From assembly GCA_014727915.1 (NCBI GenBank), contig WJMO01000007.1:33773-97772 (forward strand): a stretch of DNA of 64,000 bases, given 5' to 3'. The notes under the pieces are model-generated. The model saw only the letters and a program-made list of their open reading frames with translations. It was not told the origin of the DNA and did not search any database. How positions within the stretch are numbered: position 1 is the stretch's first letter; the number at the start of each line of letters is the position of its first letter. This stretch comes from Candidatus Altiarchaeales archaeon (lineage in GTDB: Archaea; Altiarchaeota; Altiarchaeia; IMC4; SCGC-AAA252-I15). A program made the position numbers and the translations under genes. Shown here one piece after another: positions 19,439 to 28,065 of the stretch.

Positions 19439-20731
19439 ATGGCAGAGGAATCTACGAGTGCAGGTGAGTCAGCTTCAACTGCGAAGAAAAAGAAGAGCAA
19501 GCGAAAGAGGAAGAAGACGACCAGGAAGAAAACGACGAAGCATGTTAGTGATGGTGTTCACAGCAGGAAGTCCAGTGAGAATAGCGTATCAATCGACACT
19601 TTGCTGGCTGTGATATTGGTAATCTCCTTGATCGCGAACTTTGTGCTTTTCCTGCAGAACAACAGCTTAAGGGACGAGGTCAGCGATTTGAAGGGAGTCA
19701 TCCTAGAGCAGGATTCCAGCGGTTCAGGCGCCGGCAGCCAGGGCGGGGGAAGCGGTTCAGGAACCCAGCCCGCTGTTCCAAGCGGTGACTTGACAGCAAT
19801 AATATTGAACGATGAGCGGTGCAGCGAATGCGACACGACATACTTGGAGACCCGGTTGGAGGCGGTCTTCCCAGGCATCAAGTTCGTGAAGTACGACTAC
19901 AGCAGCGCCGACGGAAAGAAGCTATACAAGGACACTAACATACAGTATCTGCCCGCTGTGCTTTTCACCGACTCGGTGAAATCAGCGGAAGGGTACAGCA
20001 CTGTCCAGCAGTACCTTGTGGACGCAGGCAACTACCTAAGCCTTAGGATAGGAGCCCAGTTCGACCCTGCGGCGGAGATATGCGACAACGGGAAGGACGA
20101 CACAGGCAACGGAAAGGTGGACTGTGAGGACGAGACCTGCGCTGTCAAGCTGGTTTGCAGAGAGGAGAAGGATGGCAAACTGGACGTGTTCGTGATGAGC
20201 CAGTGCCCCTACGGTACGAGGGCCTTGGACGCCATGAAGGAAGTGCTTGAGGCGTTCCCGGAGATGGACTTCGACATACACTACATCGCAAGCTATGACG
20301 AGAGCAGCGGCACGTTCAACGCCCTCCACGGGCAGCCGGAAGTCGATGAGAACATCAGGCAGCTGTGCGTTATGAAGTACTACCCGGACGACTACGAGTA
20401 CATGGAGTACATCTGGTGCAGGAACCCGGACATAACTAGCACGGACTGGGAGGGTTGCGCCACCGACAACGGCATGGACGCTGAGAAGATAAAGGAGTGC
20501 GCCGAGGGCGAGGAAGGCAAGCAGCTGCTCATAGAGAGCATAAAGCTGCCGAACGAGCTGGGTATCGGAGCCAGCCCAACATGGTTGGCCAACAACAGGT
20601 ACGACTTCGGAGGCATAACCCCAGAGGCTGTGAGGCAGAAGTACTGCCAGTACAACGAGGGCCTCGACGGGTGCGAGGGGACTGCTGCCTTGAGCAATGA
20701 AGCGGACGTTCCGGCCGGCGGATGCGGATAA
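19439..20731 (+). CDS. Membrane-anchored extracytoplasmic thioredoxin-fold protein (DsbA/GILT-like)
   Basis: Basic N-tail plus TM; RCSEC and YLP domain; VFVMSQCPYG, ALHGQPEVDEN, GIGASPT cis-Pro loop. Confidence 0.7.
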   Translation: MAEESTSAGESASTAKKKKSKRKRKKTTRKKTTKHVSDGVHSRKSSENSVSIDTLLAVILVISLIANFVLFLQNNSLRDEVSDLKGVILEQDSSGSGAGSQGGGSGSGTQPAVPSGDLTAIILNDERCSECDTTYLETRLEAVFPGIKFVKYDYSSADGKKLYKDTNIQYLPAVLFTDSVKSAEGYSTVQQYLVDAGNYLSLRIGAQFDPAAEICDNGKDDTGNGKVDCEDETCAVKLVCREEKDGKLDVFVMSQCPYGTRALDAMKEVLEAFPEMDFDIHYIASYDESSGTFNALHGQPEVDENIRQLCVMKYYPDDYEYMEYIWCRNPDITSTDWEGCATDNGMDAEKIKECAEGEEGKQLLIESIKLPNELGIGASPTWLANNRYDFGGITPEAVRQKYCQYNEGLDGCEGTAALSNEADVPAGGCG

Positions 20732-20737
20732 GTGACA

Positions 20738-21049
20738 ATGGTAAAGGAGTTGGATGAGGGAGGCTTCGACGGGGCCGTAGGTTCAGGCCTCGTCGTTGTT
20801 GACCTCTGGGCGCCATGGTGCATGCCATGCAAGATGATAGCCCCCATAGTGGAGGAGCTGTCGGAAGAGTATGAGGGCAGGATATCCTTCTACAAGCTGA
20901 ACATAGACGAGCACCAGGGCCCAGCAGCCAAATACCAGGTCATGAGCATACCCACCCTGCTGATCTTCAAGGAAGGGGAGGTCGTGGACAAGGTGGTGGG
21001 CGCCCTGCCAAAGGAGAAGATAAAGGAGAAGCTTGAAGCCCAGCTTTAG
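20738..21049 (+). CDS. trxA: Thioredoxin
   Basis: WAPWCMPCK, VMSIPTL. Confidence 0.95.
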   Translation: MVKELDEGGFDGAVGSGLVVVDLWAPWCMPCKMIAPIVEELSEEYEGRISFYKLNIDEHQGPAAKYQVMSIPTLLIFKEGEVVDKVVGALPKEKIKEKLEAQL

Positions 21050-21062
21050 CTTTTCCCACTAC

Positions 21063-22907
21063 CTATTTCTTTTTTTTATTTTCATCCGCGGCAGTCAAGA
21101 GCATGTGCGTTGGGGGGAGGATTATCAGGAATATCAGCAGGTCTGATGCCCTGACGTTGTGCCTCAGCCGCTCACGGTATCTGAAGTCTTCTGTGACAGG
21201 GCAGCTTTCGGCTATCCTAATGTTGTTCCAGCGGAGCACACGTTTGACTATGTAGGCTGCGTTCCCGCCGAGGGAGCAGATGTCATCGTATCTTTCACGG
21301 TAGTATCTGCCCATGTCCTCCGCCATCATCCTGCATTTTGTCCTGTTACGGAAGTATATCTGGGTGTTTGTGCGGCCCCTGCCCTCGTACATGTAGCTTG
21401 GGTTGAATATGAGGCAGTAGTTCTGGTCTATGTGGTGTCCTGCGGCGTCGATGACCCGGAGCATCGTCGACCAGGAGGGAGGGCCTTCGATTATGAGGGA
21501 GTACTTGTCCGCCATTATCTCCTCTGCCAGGAGCTTTTCCATCGGCTTCAGCTCTCCGTCGCGGTCTGAGTAGCTTACGGTGAGGTTAAGGGAGTCGCGG
21601 ACCAGAGGAGCCCATGTGGTGTCCTCGTGGACCGTGAATTCCTTTGAGTCGGGATTCACAACATATACCTGGGAGGGTTCGATCGGTGTGTTGAAGCGCT
21701 CGAAAACAGTCTCCCAGCCCTCGGGACCCTCCGTCAGCACCATCCCATCCTGGGCTGGGATGTAGTGGAAGCCGTACTCGATCATCTCGATCGCCTCTCT
21801 ACGGGCCTCGTCGAATCCTGCCCGGGAATGTTCTAGCAGGGGGCTTCCGAACATGGAGGGGAATACCAGTGTGGCAGTGAACAGGAACGTGAAAAGCCTG
21901 CGGTCCCTCTCCCATACTACAAGGTAGGTTACTGCGAGGAGGGGGTATGCGGGCATCATGTAGTGGGATCCTATCCGCGTGTCCCCCATTGAAAGAAGGA
22001 ATATGATCGAGTATATCAGGAGTGAAAGCTGTGTGAAAGGGTAGATGAAAGTCTCCCTGTCGTAGTATTCCATGCCCATGGCGTATCCGACGGATGCTAT
22101 CAGGGCTAGGAAGGCCAGGGTCTGGACTTTGACACCTTCGTCGTATAGGGATCTCAGCTTTGAAAGGTCGTATTCGACCTGGCCTCCATGGCCTGTGAGG
22201 GTGTATTGGACGAAGTTAGGGTAGAATAGTGTGAATGACGCGAGAAGCAGGGCTATGGCCGCTGCTGTGGCTGTGAGGTCCTTCAGGGGTCCTGTGTCCA
22301 AGAGTTCAGCCTGGAGCTTCCTGCCTAAGACTATCCTGAAGGAGCGGGTCAGAGCCCGGTAGGACAGGATCAGGGCTATGGGGAGTATGGCGGTGTATTT
22401 TGTGTAGACCGAGAGCGCGAATAGCAAGGAGGACTTCAGGGCCCTGTTATCTTTGGCGGATAGTAGGGTGTAGTATCCTGCTATGAGGAAGAAAGTGGAG
22501 AATGTGCTGACGAAGTTGCTTATGAACCTGTATACCATCAGCAAGTAGAGGAGGGGCGATATGACCGGGTGGTGGAGTCTGTGGCCTTTTAGTATCTGCT
22601 CTATCATCAGGTATCCTGCTATGTTCGCCGAGACCACGAGCACGTAGGTCACGGGCAGTAGCAGGCGTTCCCCGACAACGTACCGTAGTATGTAGCCGAT
22701 GTAGTAGATGATGGGGGTTTGGGCGCAGTATGGTTGGCCCCCGTATAGTGTGCCTTCGCCAACGTAGTCGAGGCACATCCACCATCCGCCGCCGCCTATG
22801 TTGAAGCTGGAGGGTATGTTAGCGTGGGTGACGTATATGAAGCCGGCTAGGACCACCGCCTTGTAGAACAGTTCTAGATGCTTATTCCGGGTTTTCCGGG
22901 GTGGCAT
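21063..22907 (-). CDS. Polytopic membrane protein, GT-C glycosyltransferase-like
   Basis: GTLYGGQPYCAQTPIIY, SVYTKY, HYMMPAYP; same architecture as 16917-18827. Confidence 0.6.
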   Translation of the reverse strand: MPPRKTRNKHLELFYKAVVLAGFIYVTHANIPSSFNIGGGGWWMCLDYVGEGTLYGGQPYCAQTPIIYYIGYILRYVVGERLLLPVTYVLVVSANIAGYLMIEQILKGHRLHHPVISPLLYLLMVYRFISNFVSTFSTFFLIAGYYTLLSAKDNRALKSSLLFALSVYTKYTAILPIALILSYRALTRSFRIVLGRKLQAELLDTGPLKDLTATAAAIALLLASFTLFYPNFVQYTLTGHGGQVEYDLSKLRSLYDEGVKVQTLAFLALIASVGYAMGMEYYDRETFIYPFTQLSLLIYSIIFLLSMGDTRIGSHYMMPAYPLLAVTYLVVWERDRRLFTFLFTATLVFPSMFGSPLLEHSRAGFDEARREAIEMIEYGFHYIPAQDGMVLTEGPEGWETVFERFNTPIEPSQVYVVNPDSKEFTVHEDTTWAPLVRDSLNLTVSYSDRDGELKPMEKLLAEEIMADKYSLIIEGPPSWSTMLRVIDAAGHHIDQNYCLIFNPSYMYEGRGRTNTQIYFRNRTKCRMMAEDMGRYYRERYDDICSLGGNAAYIVKRVLRWNNIRIAESCPVTEDFRYRERLRHNVRASDLLIFLIILPPTHMLLTAADENKKKK

Positions 22908-22952
22908 AGTGTAATATACCTTTTATTTAATTAAACACTATTTGGTTCTACC

Positions 22953-24980
22953 ATGGGTGGCGACAGGTATTTGGTCACTGCGGCTTTGCCCTATGCGAAC
23001 GGGCCCATACACATAGGCCATGCCATAGGCTGCTATATCCCCGCGGACGTTTACACACGCTATCGCCGGCTTAGGGGAGATGACGTGGTCTATATCTGCG
23101 GGACCGACGAGCACGGGACTCCCATAACAGTATCGGCTGAGAAGGAGGGTGTGAGCCCCCGTGAGATAGTGGACAAATATCATGGGATGCACTTGGAGGC
23201 TTTCAAGGCGGCGGGTGTGGAGTTCGACAATTTCTCAGGCACTGCGAGAGAGATCCACTATGAGCTTTCGCAGGCGTTCTTCAGGAAGGTGGACGAGAAC
23301 GGTTACATCCACCGTGAGACGGTGGAGCGGCCCTACTGTCCCAGCTGCGGTCGGTTCCTCCCGGACAGGTATGTTAAGGGCAGGTGCCCGGACTGCGGCA
23401 GCGAGGATGAGAGGGGAGACCAGTGCGAGGCCTGCGGGAAGCAGTTGGAGCCGCATGAGCTGGTGGACCCCTACTGTGACATCTGCCGTGAGACGCCGGA
23501 GATGAGGGAGACCGAACACTGGTTCTTCGAGCTGAGCGAATTGAGCGATAAGCTTGGTGAGTGGCTGAGGAGCGGTAAGCTGAGTTCCAGCCTCCCGAAC
23601 AACGCGCGTAACTTCGCATTGGGTTGGATCAAGGAGGGTTTGAAGGACCGTGCCATCACACGGGACATGACCTGGGGGATTCCCGTACCCGTTGAGGGTG
23701 CGGACGGGAAGGTGTTGTATGTCTGGTTCGACGCTCCCATAGGGTATATCAGCTCGACGAAGGAGTGGAGTGAAGGCAGGGGAGAGCCCGGCCTTTGGAA
23801 GGATTATTGGCTGGGGGAGAACGACTGTAAGGTCGTGCATTTCATAGGGAAGGACAACATCCCCTTTCACATCGTCATATGGCCTGCGATGCTCATGGCC
23901 GAGGGAAGCTATAACCTCCCGTGGCAGGTCGCGTCCAATGAGTTCCTGAACCTGGAGGGCAGGAAGATGAGCACCAGCAGGGGTTGGGTGATATGGTTGC
24001 ATGACATACTCGAGGAGTTCGAGGCCGACGCGGTGAGGTATTATCTGCTTTCTATCGCGCCGGAGACCAGCGACAGCGACTTCAAACTCGAAGAATTCCA
24101 GGACAAGGTGAACAAGGAATTGATAGGGACCTTGGGGAACTTCATCAACCGGACTTTGACGTTCATAAAATCCAAAAAAGACGGTGTAGTGCCTAACATG
24201 GGGGTCTTGGAGGATCTGGACAAGGATTTCATGAACGACATCAAAGCCTGCAGCAAGGACGTTGGAGGAGAGTTGGAGCGCTTCAAGTTAAAACACGCCC
24301 AAGACACCCTGCTCCATTACGCTCAGAAGGGGAACGTATACTTCCAGAATCGGGAGCCGTGGAAGGGGGAGAACGACACCAGCTTGTACCTGTGCGCGAA
24401 CCTGTGCCGTAGCCTGGCGATACTCATGCACCCTTTCCTCCCGTTCTCGGCGGAGAAGGTGTGGAAGATGCTCGGCTTGGAAGGTGGCGTGGCGGAGCAG
24501 ACCTGGGATTCGGCCGGCGAGCTACGGTTGGAAGGAAGACACCGTATCGGCGAGGTAAGCGCCTTGTATTCGAAGATCGAGGATGATAGTATCGCAGAGT
24601 TCAAGAAGAGATACCTCCCCATCGGGGAGGGCAGAGGTAAGGAGGAGGTGAAGGAAATGGTTGACTACGAGGAATTCAACAAGGTGGACCTTAGGGTCGC
24701 GACCGTCAAGAAGATCGAAGACCACCCCAACGCGGACAAGCTGGTGCTGCTGACCATCGACGTCGGCAGTTTGGGTGAACGGCAGATTGTGGCAGGCATC
24801 AAGGAAGCCTACAAGTCAGAAGACCTGGTTGGCAGACAGATAATCGTCGTGGCGAACCTCAAGCCCGCGAAGATACGCGGCGTCGAGAGCAACGGCATGC
24901 TGTTGGCGGCAGACGAGGACGGGAACCCCATACTCCTGCAGCCGGACAGGAAGGTCAAGCCAGGCAGCAGGATACACTAA
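22953..24980 (+). CDS. metG: Methionine--tRNA ligase with C-terminal tRNA-binding domain
   Basis: ALPYANGPIHIGH, zinc knuckles, KMSTS, IVVANLKPAKIRGVESNGM. Confidence 0.98.
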   Translation: MGGDRYLVTAALPYANGPIHIGHAIGCYIPADVYTRYRRLRGDDVVYICGTDEHGTPITVSAEKEGVSPREIVDKYHGMHLEAFKAAGVEFDNFSGTAREIHYELSQAFFRKVDENGYIHRETVERPYCPSCGRFLPDRYVKGRCPDCGSEDERGDQCEACGKQLEPHELVDPYCDICRETPEMRETEHWFFELSELSDKLGEWLRSGKLSSSLPNNARNFALGWIKEGLKDRAITRDMTWGIPVPVEGADGKVLYVWFDAPIGYISSTKEWSEGRGEPGLWKDYWLGENDCKVVHFIGKDNIPFHIVIWPAMLMAEGSYNLPWQVASNEFLNLEGRKMSTSRGWVIWLHDILEEFEADAVRYYLLSIAPETSDSDFKLEEFQDKVNKELIGTLGNFINRTLTFIKSKKDGVVPNMGVLEDLDKDFMNDIKACSKDVGGELERFKLKHAQDTLLHYAQKGNVYFQNREPWKGENDTSLYLCANLCRSLAILMHPFLPFSAEKVWKMLGLEGGVAEQTWDSAGELRLEGRHRIGEVSALYSKIEDDSIAEFKKRYLPIGEGRGKEEVKEMVDYEEFNKVDLRVATVKKIEDHPNADKLVLLTIDVGSLGERQIVAGIKEAYKSEDLVGRQIIVVANLKPAKIRGVESNGMLLAADEDGNPILLQPDRKVKPGSRIH

Positions 24981-25092
24981 ACCCAGGTGAAACCCCGGGA
25001 ACATGAGAAGAACCAGGCAGGGATATGCATTGGGTGACTAATGTCATTAACCTGGGGAGGGAGTAAACCTGCTTTAATTTGCCCCTTCATTA

Positions 25093-25551
25093 TTGGTTAC
25101 TGTGAAAGTCCATCATGTCACGATTAGCGCTTTCTCCAGCGTGGAAGAAGCCGACGCGCTCAAGGGGGTTATCTCAGGGATGCTCCCGGAGGGCGTGGAG
25201 GTTGAGGATAGGCGGATCGAGCCCGAAGAGGAGGGGGGAGTGTTCAACCACGAGCTAGTGGAGTTGAAGGCGGTAGTGAAGAAGCAGAAGCGGATAAGGG
25301 AGTTCGTATCCAAGGTTTTGGGTTCATTGGACGACTACGACGCCCGGAAGCTGAGGGAAGGCCCGGATGACTTCATCGACGACAGGTGCAACCTGTACAT
25401 GCGACTGAGCAAAACCGAAGCAGAGGATGGGAACTTCGTGTTCGAGTCCGGAGACTGCATACACGTCAGGTTGAAACTAGCAGCATACCCTGCCAAGAAG
25501 GAGAAGGCATTGCCAATAGCAAGGGAGTTGATCGAAGATGCACTACGTTAA
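25093..25551 (+). CDS. Archaeal RNA-binding protein (DUF54/COG1325-like)
   Basis: LYMRLSK...GDCIHVRLK; usual neighbour of Rpp30. Confidence 0.7.
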   Translation: MVTVKVHHVTISAFSSVEEADALKGVISGMLPEGVEVEDRRIEPEEEGGVFNHELVELKAVVKKQKRIREFVSKVLGSLDDYDARKLREGPDDFIDDRCNLYMRLSKTEAEDGNFVFESGDCIHVRLKLAAYPAKKEKALPIARELIEDALR

Positions 25552-26251
25552 CCTCTTCACCAGCCCAGACGCCGTTGAAACGAGCAAAAAACTCGGATGG
25601 GATATCGTATGCTCGGTCGCCGAATACAGCAGGGGACTAAAGAAGTCGGAGGCGGAAGTCCTGTCCGGGGCGCTGATATCGGACAGCATACGGAAGAACA
25701 GCAGGAAGGCTTTGGATTCGGGAGCAGACATCATAATAGCAGAAGGCAGCGGGGAAAAAGGGGGCAGGGAGGCTAGCGAATGCTGGGAGGTCGACTTGAT
25801 CGTGAATCTGGAGTCCGTCAGGGAACGCGACAGAGTGAACCAGAGGAGCTCCGGATTGGACCATGTGATGGCATCCTATATGGCGGAGCGAAACACGGGA
25901 TACTGCATCAACCTGGAGAACATACTGAACACACGGGGTGTTAGGAGGGCGCAGACCCTGGGGCGGATAGGGCAGAACATCAGATTATGCAGGAAATACG
26001 GTGTCAAGACGGTGTTCGGAACAGGCAGAAGTGACCGGTGGAGTGCAAGGAGCCCCCATGACCTGATCCTGTTCGCACGCCTGCTGGGCATGGGAGACGT
26101 AGAGGCTAAGAGGACGGTGACAGATAACCCAATGCACTTCCTCAGGAAGAGCGAAGCCCGTAACGACCCGGACAGGATGATGAAGGGGTTGGAAGTGGTC
26201 CGGTGGGGCTCTGGCAAGCCCAAGCCTAACAGGAAATACGGGTGGTACTAG
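25538..26251 (+). CDS. rnp3: RNase P protein component Rpp30
   Basis: VDLI, GLDHVMA, NIRLCRKYGV, RSPHDL. Confidence 0.88.
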   Translation: MHYVNLFTSPDAVETSKKLGWDIVCSVAEYSRGLKKSEAEVLSGALISDSIRKNSRKALDSGADIIIAEGSGEKGGREASECWEVDLIVNLESVRERDRVNQRSSGLDHVMASYMAERNTGYCINLENILNTRGVRRAQTLGRIGQNIRLCRKYGVKTVFGTGRSDRWSARSPHDLILFARLLGMGDVEAKRTVTDNPMHFLRKSEARNDPDRMMKGLEVVRWGSGKPKPNRKYGWY

Positions 26252-26863
26252 TTGAACGATCCCTACCTCCTATTCCTAGGTTTCATAGTCGGCCTGAGCG
26301 GGGCCATGATACCCGGACCGCTGCTTGTGTACACAATCGCAGAATCGCTGAGGAAAGGGTGGAAGACAGGGTTCTACGTGATAGTAGGCCACGCCATCGT
26401 CGAAGTTGGGATAATGGCGTTTCTGATCATGGGGGTGAGCGCGCTCATGACCTCCGAACTTTTCGTAAAGTCGGTTAGCTTAGTCGGCGGCGCCTTCATG
26501 GCATACACAGCAGTGACCCTCTTCAAGAGCAGCTGGGAGATAGGGGAGACGAAGGACGCTCTGAGATACGGGACAGTAGCGGGGGGAATGCTCTTCACCG
26601 CCTTGAACCCCAGCTTCCCGGTCTGGTGGGCTACCGCGGGAGCTAGGCTGCTGGTGGAAGGCTTCAAAAACGCAGGGTTGACAGGCGCGCTGATGGTATT
26701 CATCGGCCACTGGATGGCAGACTTCGGATACTTCATGGTAGTGTCCTCCCTCGTCACAAGGGGAAGGGAAAAGCTCATCAGCAGATACGTGAACACCGTC
26801 AAGAACATCCTGGCAGCGCTTCTACTGGCCATAGGAGCCTATTTCATCACCACAGGCCTATAA
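26252..26863 (+). CDS. LysE-family transporter
   Basis: SGAMIPGPL, GHAIVE, LNPSFPVWW. Confidence 0.88.
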   Translation: MNDPYLLFLGFIVGLSGAMIPGPLLVYTIAESLRKGWKTGFYVIVGHAIVEVGIMAFLIMGVSALMTSELFVKSVSLVGGAFMAYTAVTLFKSSWEIGETKDALRYGTVAGGMLFTALNPSFPVWWATAGARLLVEGFKNAGLTGALMVFIGHWMADFGYFMVVSSLVTRGREKLISRYVNTVKNILAALLLAIGAYFITTGL

Positions 26864-26890
26864 ATAAGATGAGGGGGAATAACTAAGACG

Positions 26891-27571
26891 ATGCATGCAA
26901 GGAAGTCCACGGGAATACCCGACGTTGACGAGATGATAGAGGGCGGATTCAGGGAAGGCAGCATAAACATGGTCGACGGAGACGCGGGAACCGGGAAGTC
27001 CACGTTCGCGGTGCAGTTCATGATGGCCGGGCTGGCAGCGGGGGAGTCCGCCATATACATGAGCGTAGAAGAGAGCAAGGAGAGCTTCTACACGAACATG
27101 CTCAGGTTCGGGTTCAACCTGGAAGAGTACGAGAAGGCGGGGACGCTGTTCTTCTACGAGGCCAACGCAGCCCAGCTGAAGGAGTTCCTGGACAAGGGAG
27201 GCATAGGCATAGAGGACAGGATAATGCAGATGAAACCGCAGAGGTTCGTCCTGGACAGCATCTCAGCGTTCGCATTGCTCTATGAGACCGGGATGAAGCA
27301 GCGGACTGCGGTACAGAGGTTCATAGAGAAGCTGAAGGCCTGGAACCTGACCACACTGCTCATATCCGAGGCGACACAGGACTACACCCGCTTCGGCCTC
27401 GAATTCCTCGTGGACGGCGTGGTGAAGCTATGGTACAGGAAGGTGGGCCATGAGAGGGTGCGGACTATAGAGATAATGAAGATGAGGGGCACAAAGCACA
27501 AGATCGCCGAGACCGTCTACCGGATCGAAGAGAACGGGATAGTACTATACCCGAGCGAGACCATATTCTAG
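26891..27571 (+). CDS. KaiC/RAD55-family ATPase (single domain)
   Basis: STGIPDVDEMIEGG, GDAGTGKS, VLDSI, KMRGT. Confidence 0.92.
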   Translation: MHARKSTGIPDVDEMIEGGFREGSINMVDGDAGTGKSTFAVQFMMAGLAAGESAIYMSVEESKESFYTNMLRFGFNLEEYEKAGTLFFYEANAAQLKEFLDKGGIGIEDRIMQMKPQRFVLDSISAFALLYETGMKQRTAVQRFIEKLKAWNLTTLLISEATQDYTRFGLEFLVDGVVKLWYRKVGHERVRTIEIMKMRGTKHKIAETVYRIEENGIVLYPSETIF

Positions 27572-28023
27572 AACTGGTAGATGAGGGCTGCCTCGTCGCA
27601 GTCGGGGTATTTTGGACAGTAGATGCACTCACCCCATATCTTCATGGGAAGCTCGTCCTTGGGCACAAGCTCGAACCCGTTCCTGACGAAGAAGTCCTTC
27701 TCCAGGGTCAACGTGAAGACCCGGGGGATGCCCATCTCCCGCGCCTCCTTCAACGCAGCCTCCAGCAGCGCCTTGCCCACGCCCTTCCCGATGCGATCCT
27801 CCCGGACGGCAAGGCTCTTCACCTCGGCGAGATCCCTCCAGGACACATGCAACGCGCAGCAGCCAAGCACCTCCCCATCCTCTCGGACGACAAAATAGTC
27901 CCTGATGTTCTCGTAGATGTAGCTGAGGCTCCTTAACAGCATCTTCCCGTTGGCGGCGTGATATTCGATAAGCGACCGTATGGCCTCCACATCATCCAAT
28001 GAAGCCTTCACAACGTCCATCAT
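27568..28023 (-). CDS. GNAT N-acetyltransferase (short ArgA-like)
   Basis: LAEVKSLAV, GKGVGK, KIWGECIYCPKYPDCDE. Confidence 0.88.
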   Translation of the reverse strand: MMDVVKASLDDVEAIRSLIEYHAANGKMLLRSLSYIYENIRDYFVVREDGEVLGCCALHVSWRDLAEVKSLAVREDRIGKGVGKALLEAALKEAREMGIPRVFTLTLEKDFFVRNGFELVPKDELPMKIWGECIYCPKYPDCDEAALIYQF

Positions 28024-28065
28024 CCCAAGATACTAATGCGGACAGGTTATTAAACCCGGCTCCCA

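Noticed and set aside
26891-27571. FlaH or circadian KaiC
   Set aside because: Single domain with no arl or kaiB neighbours; generic RAD55/KaiC-like ATPase
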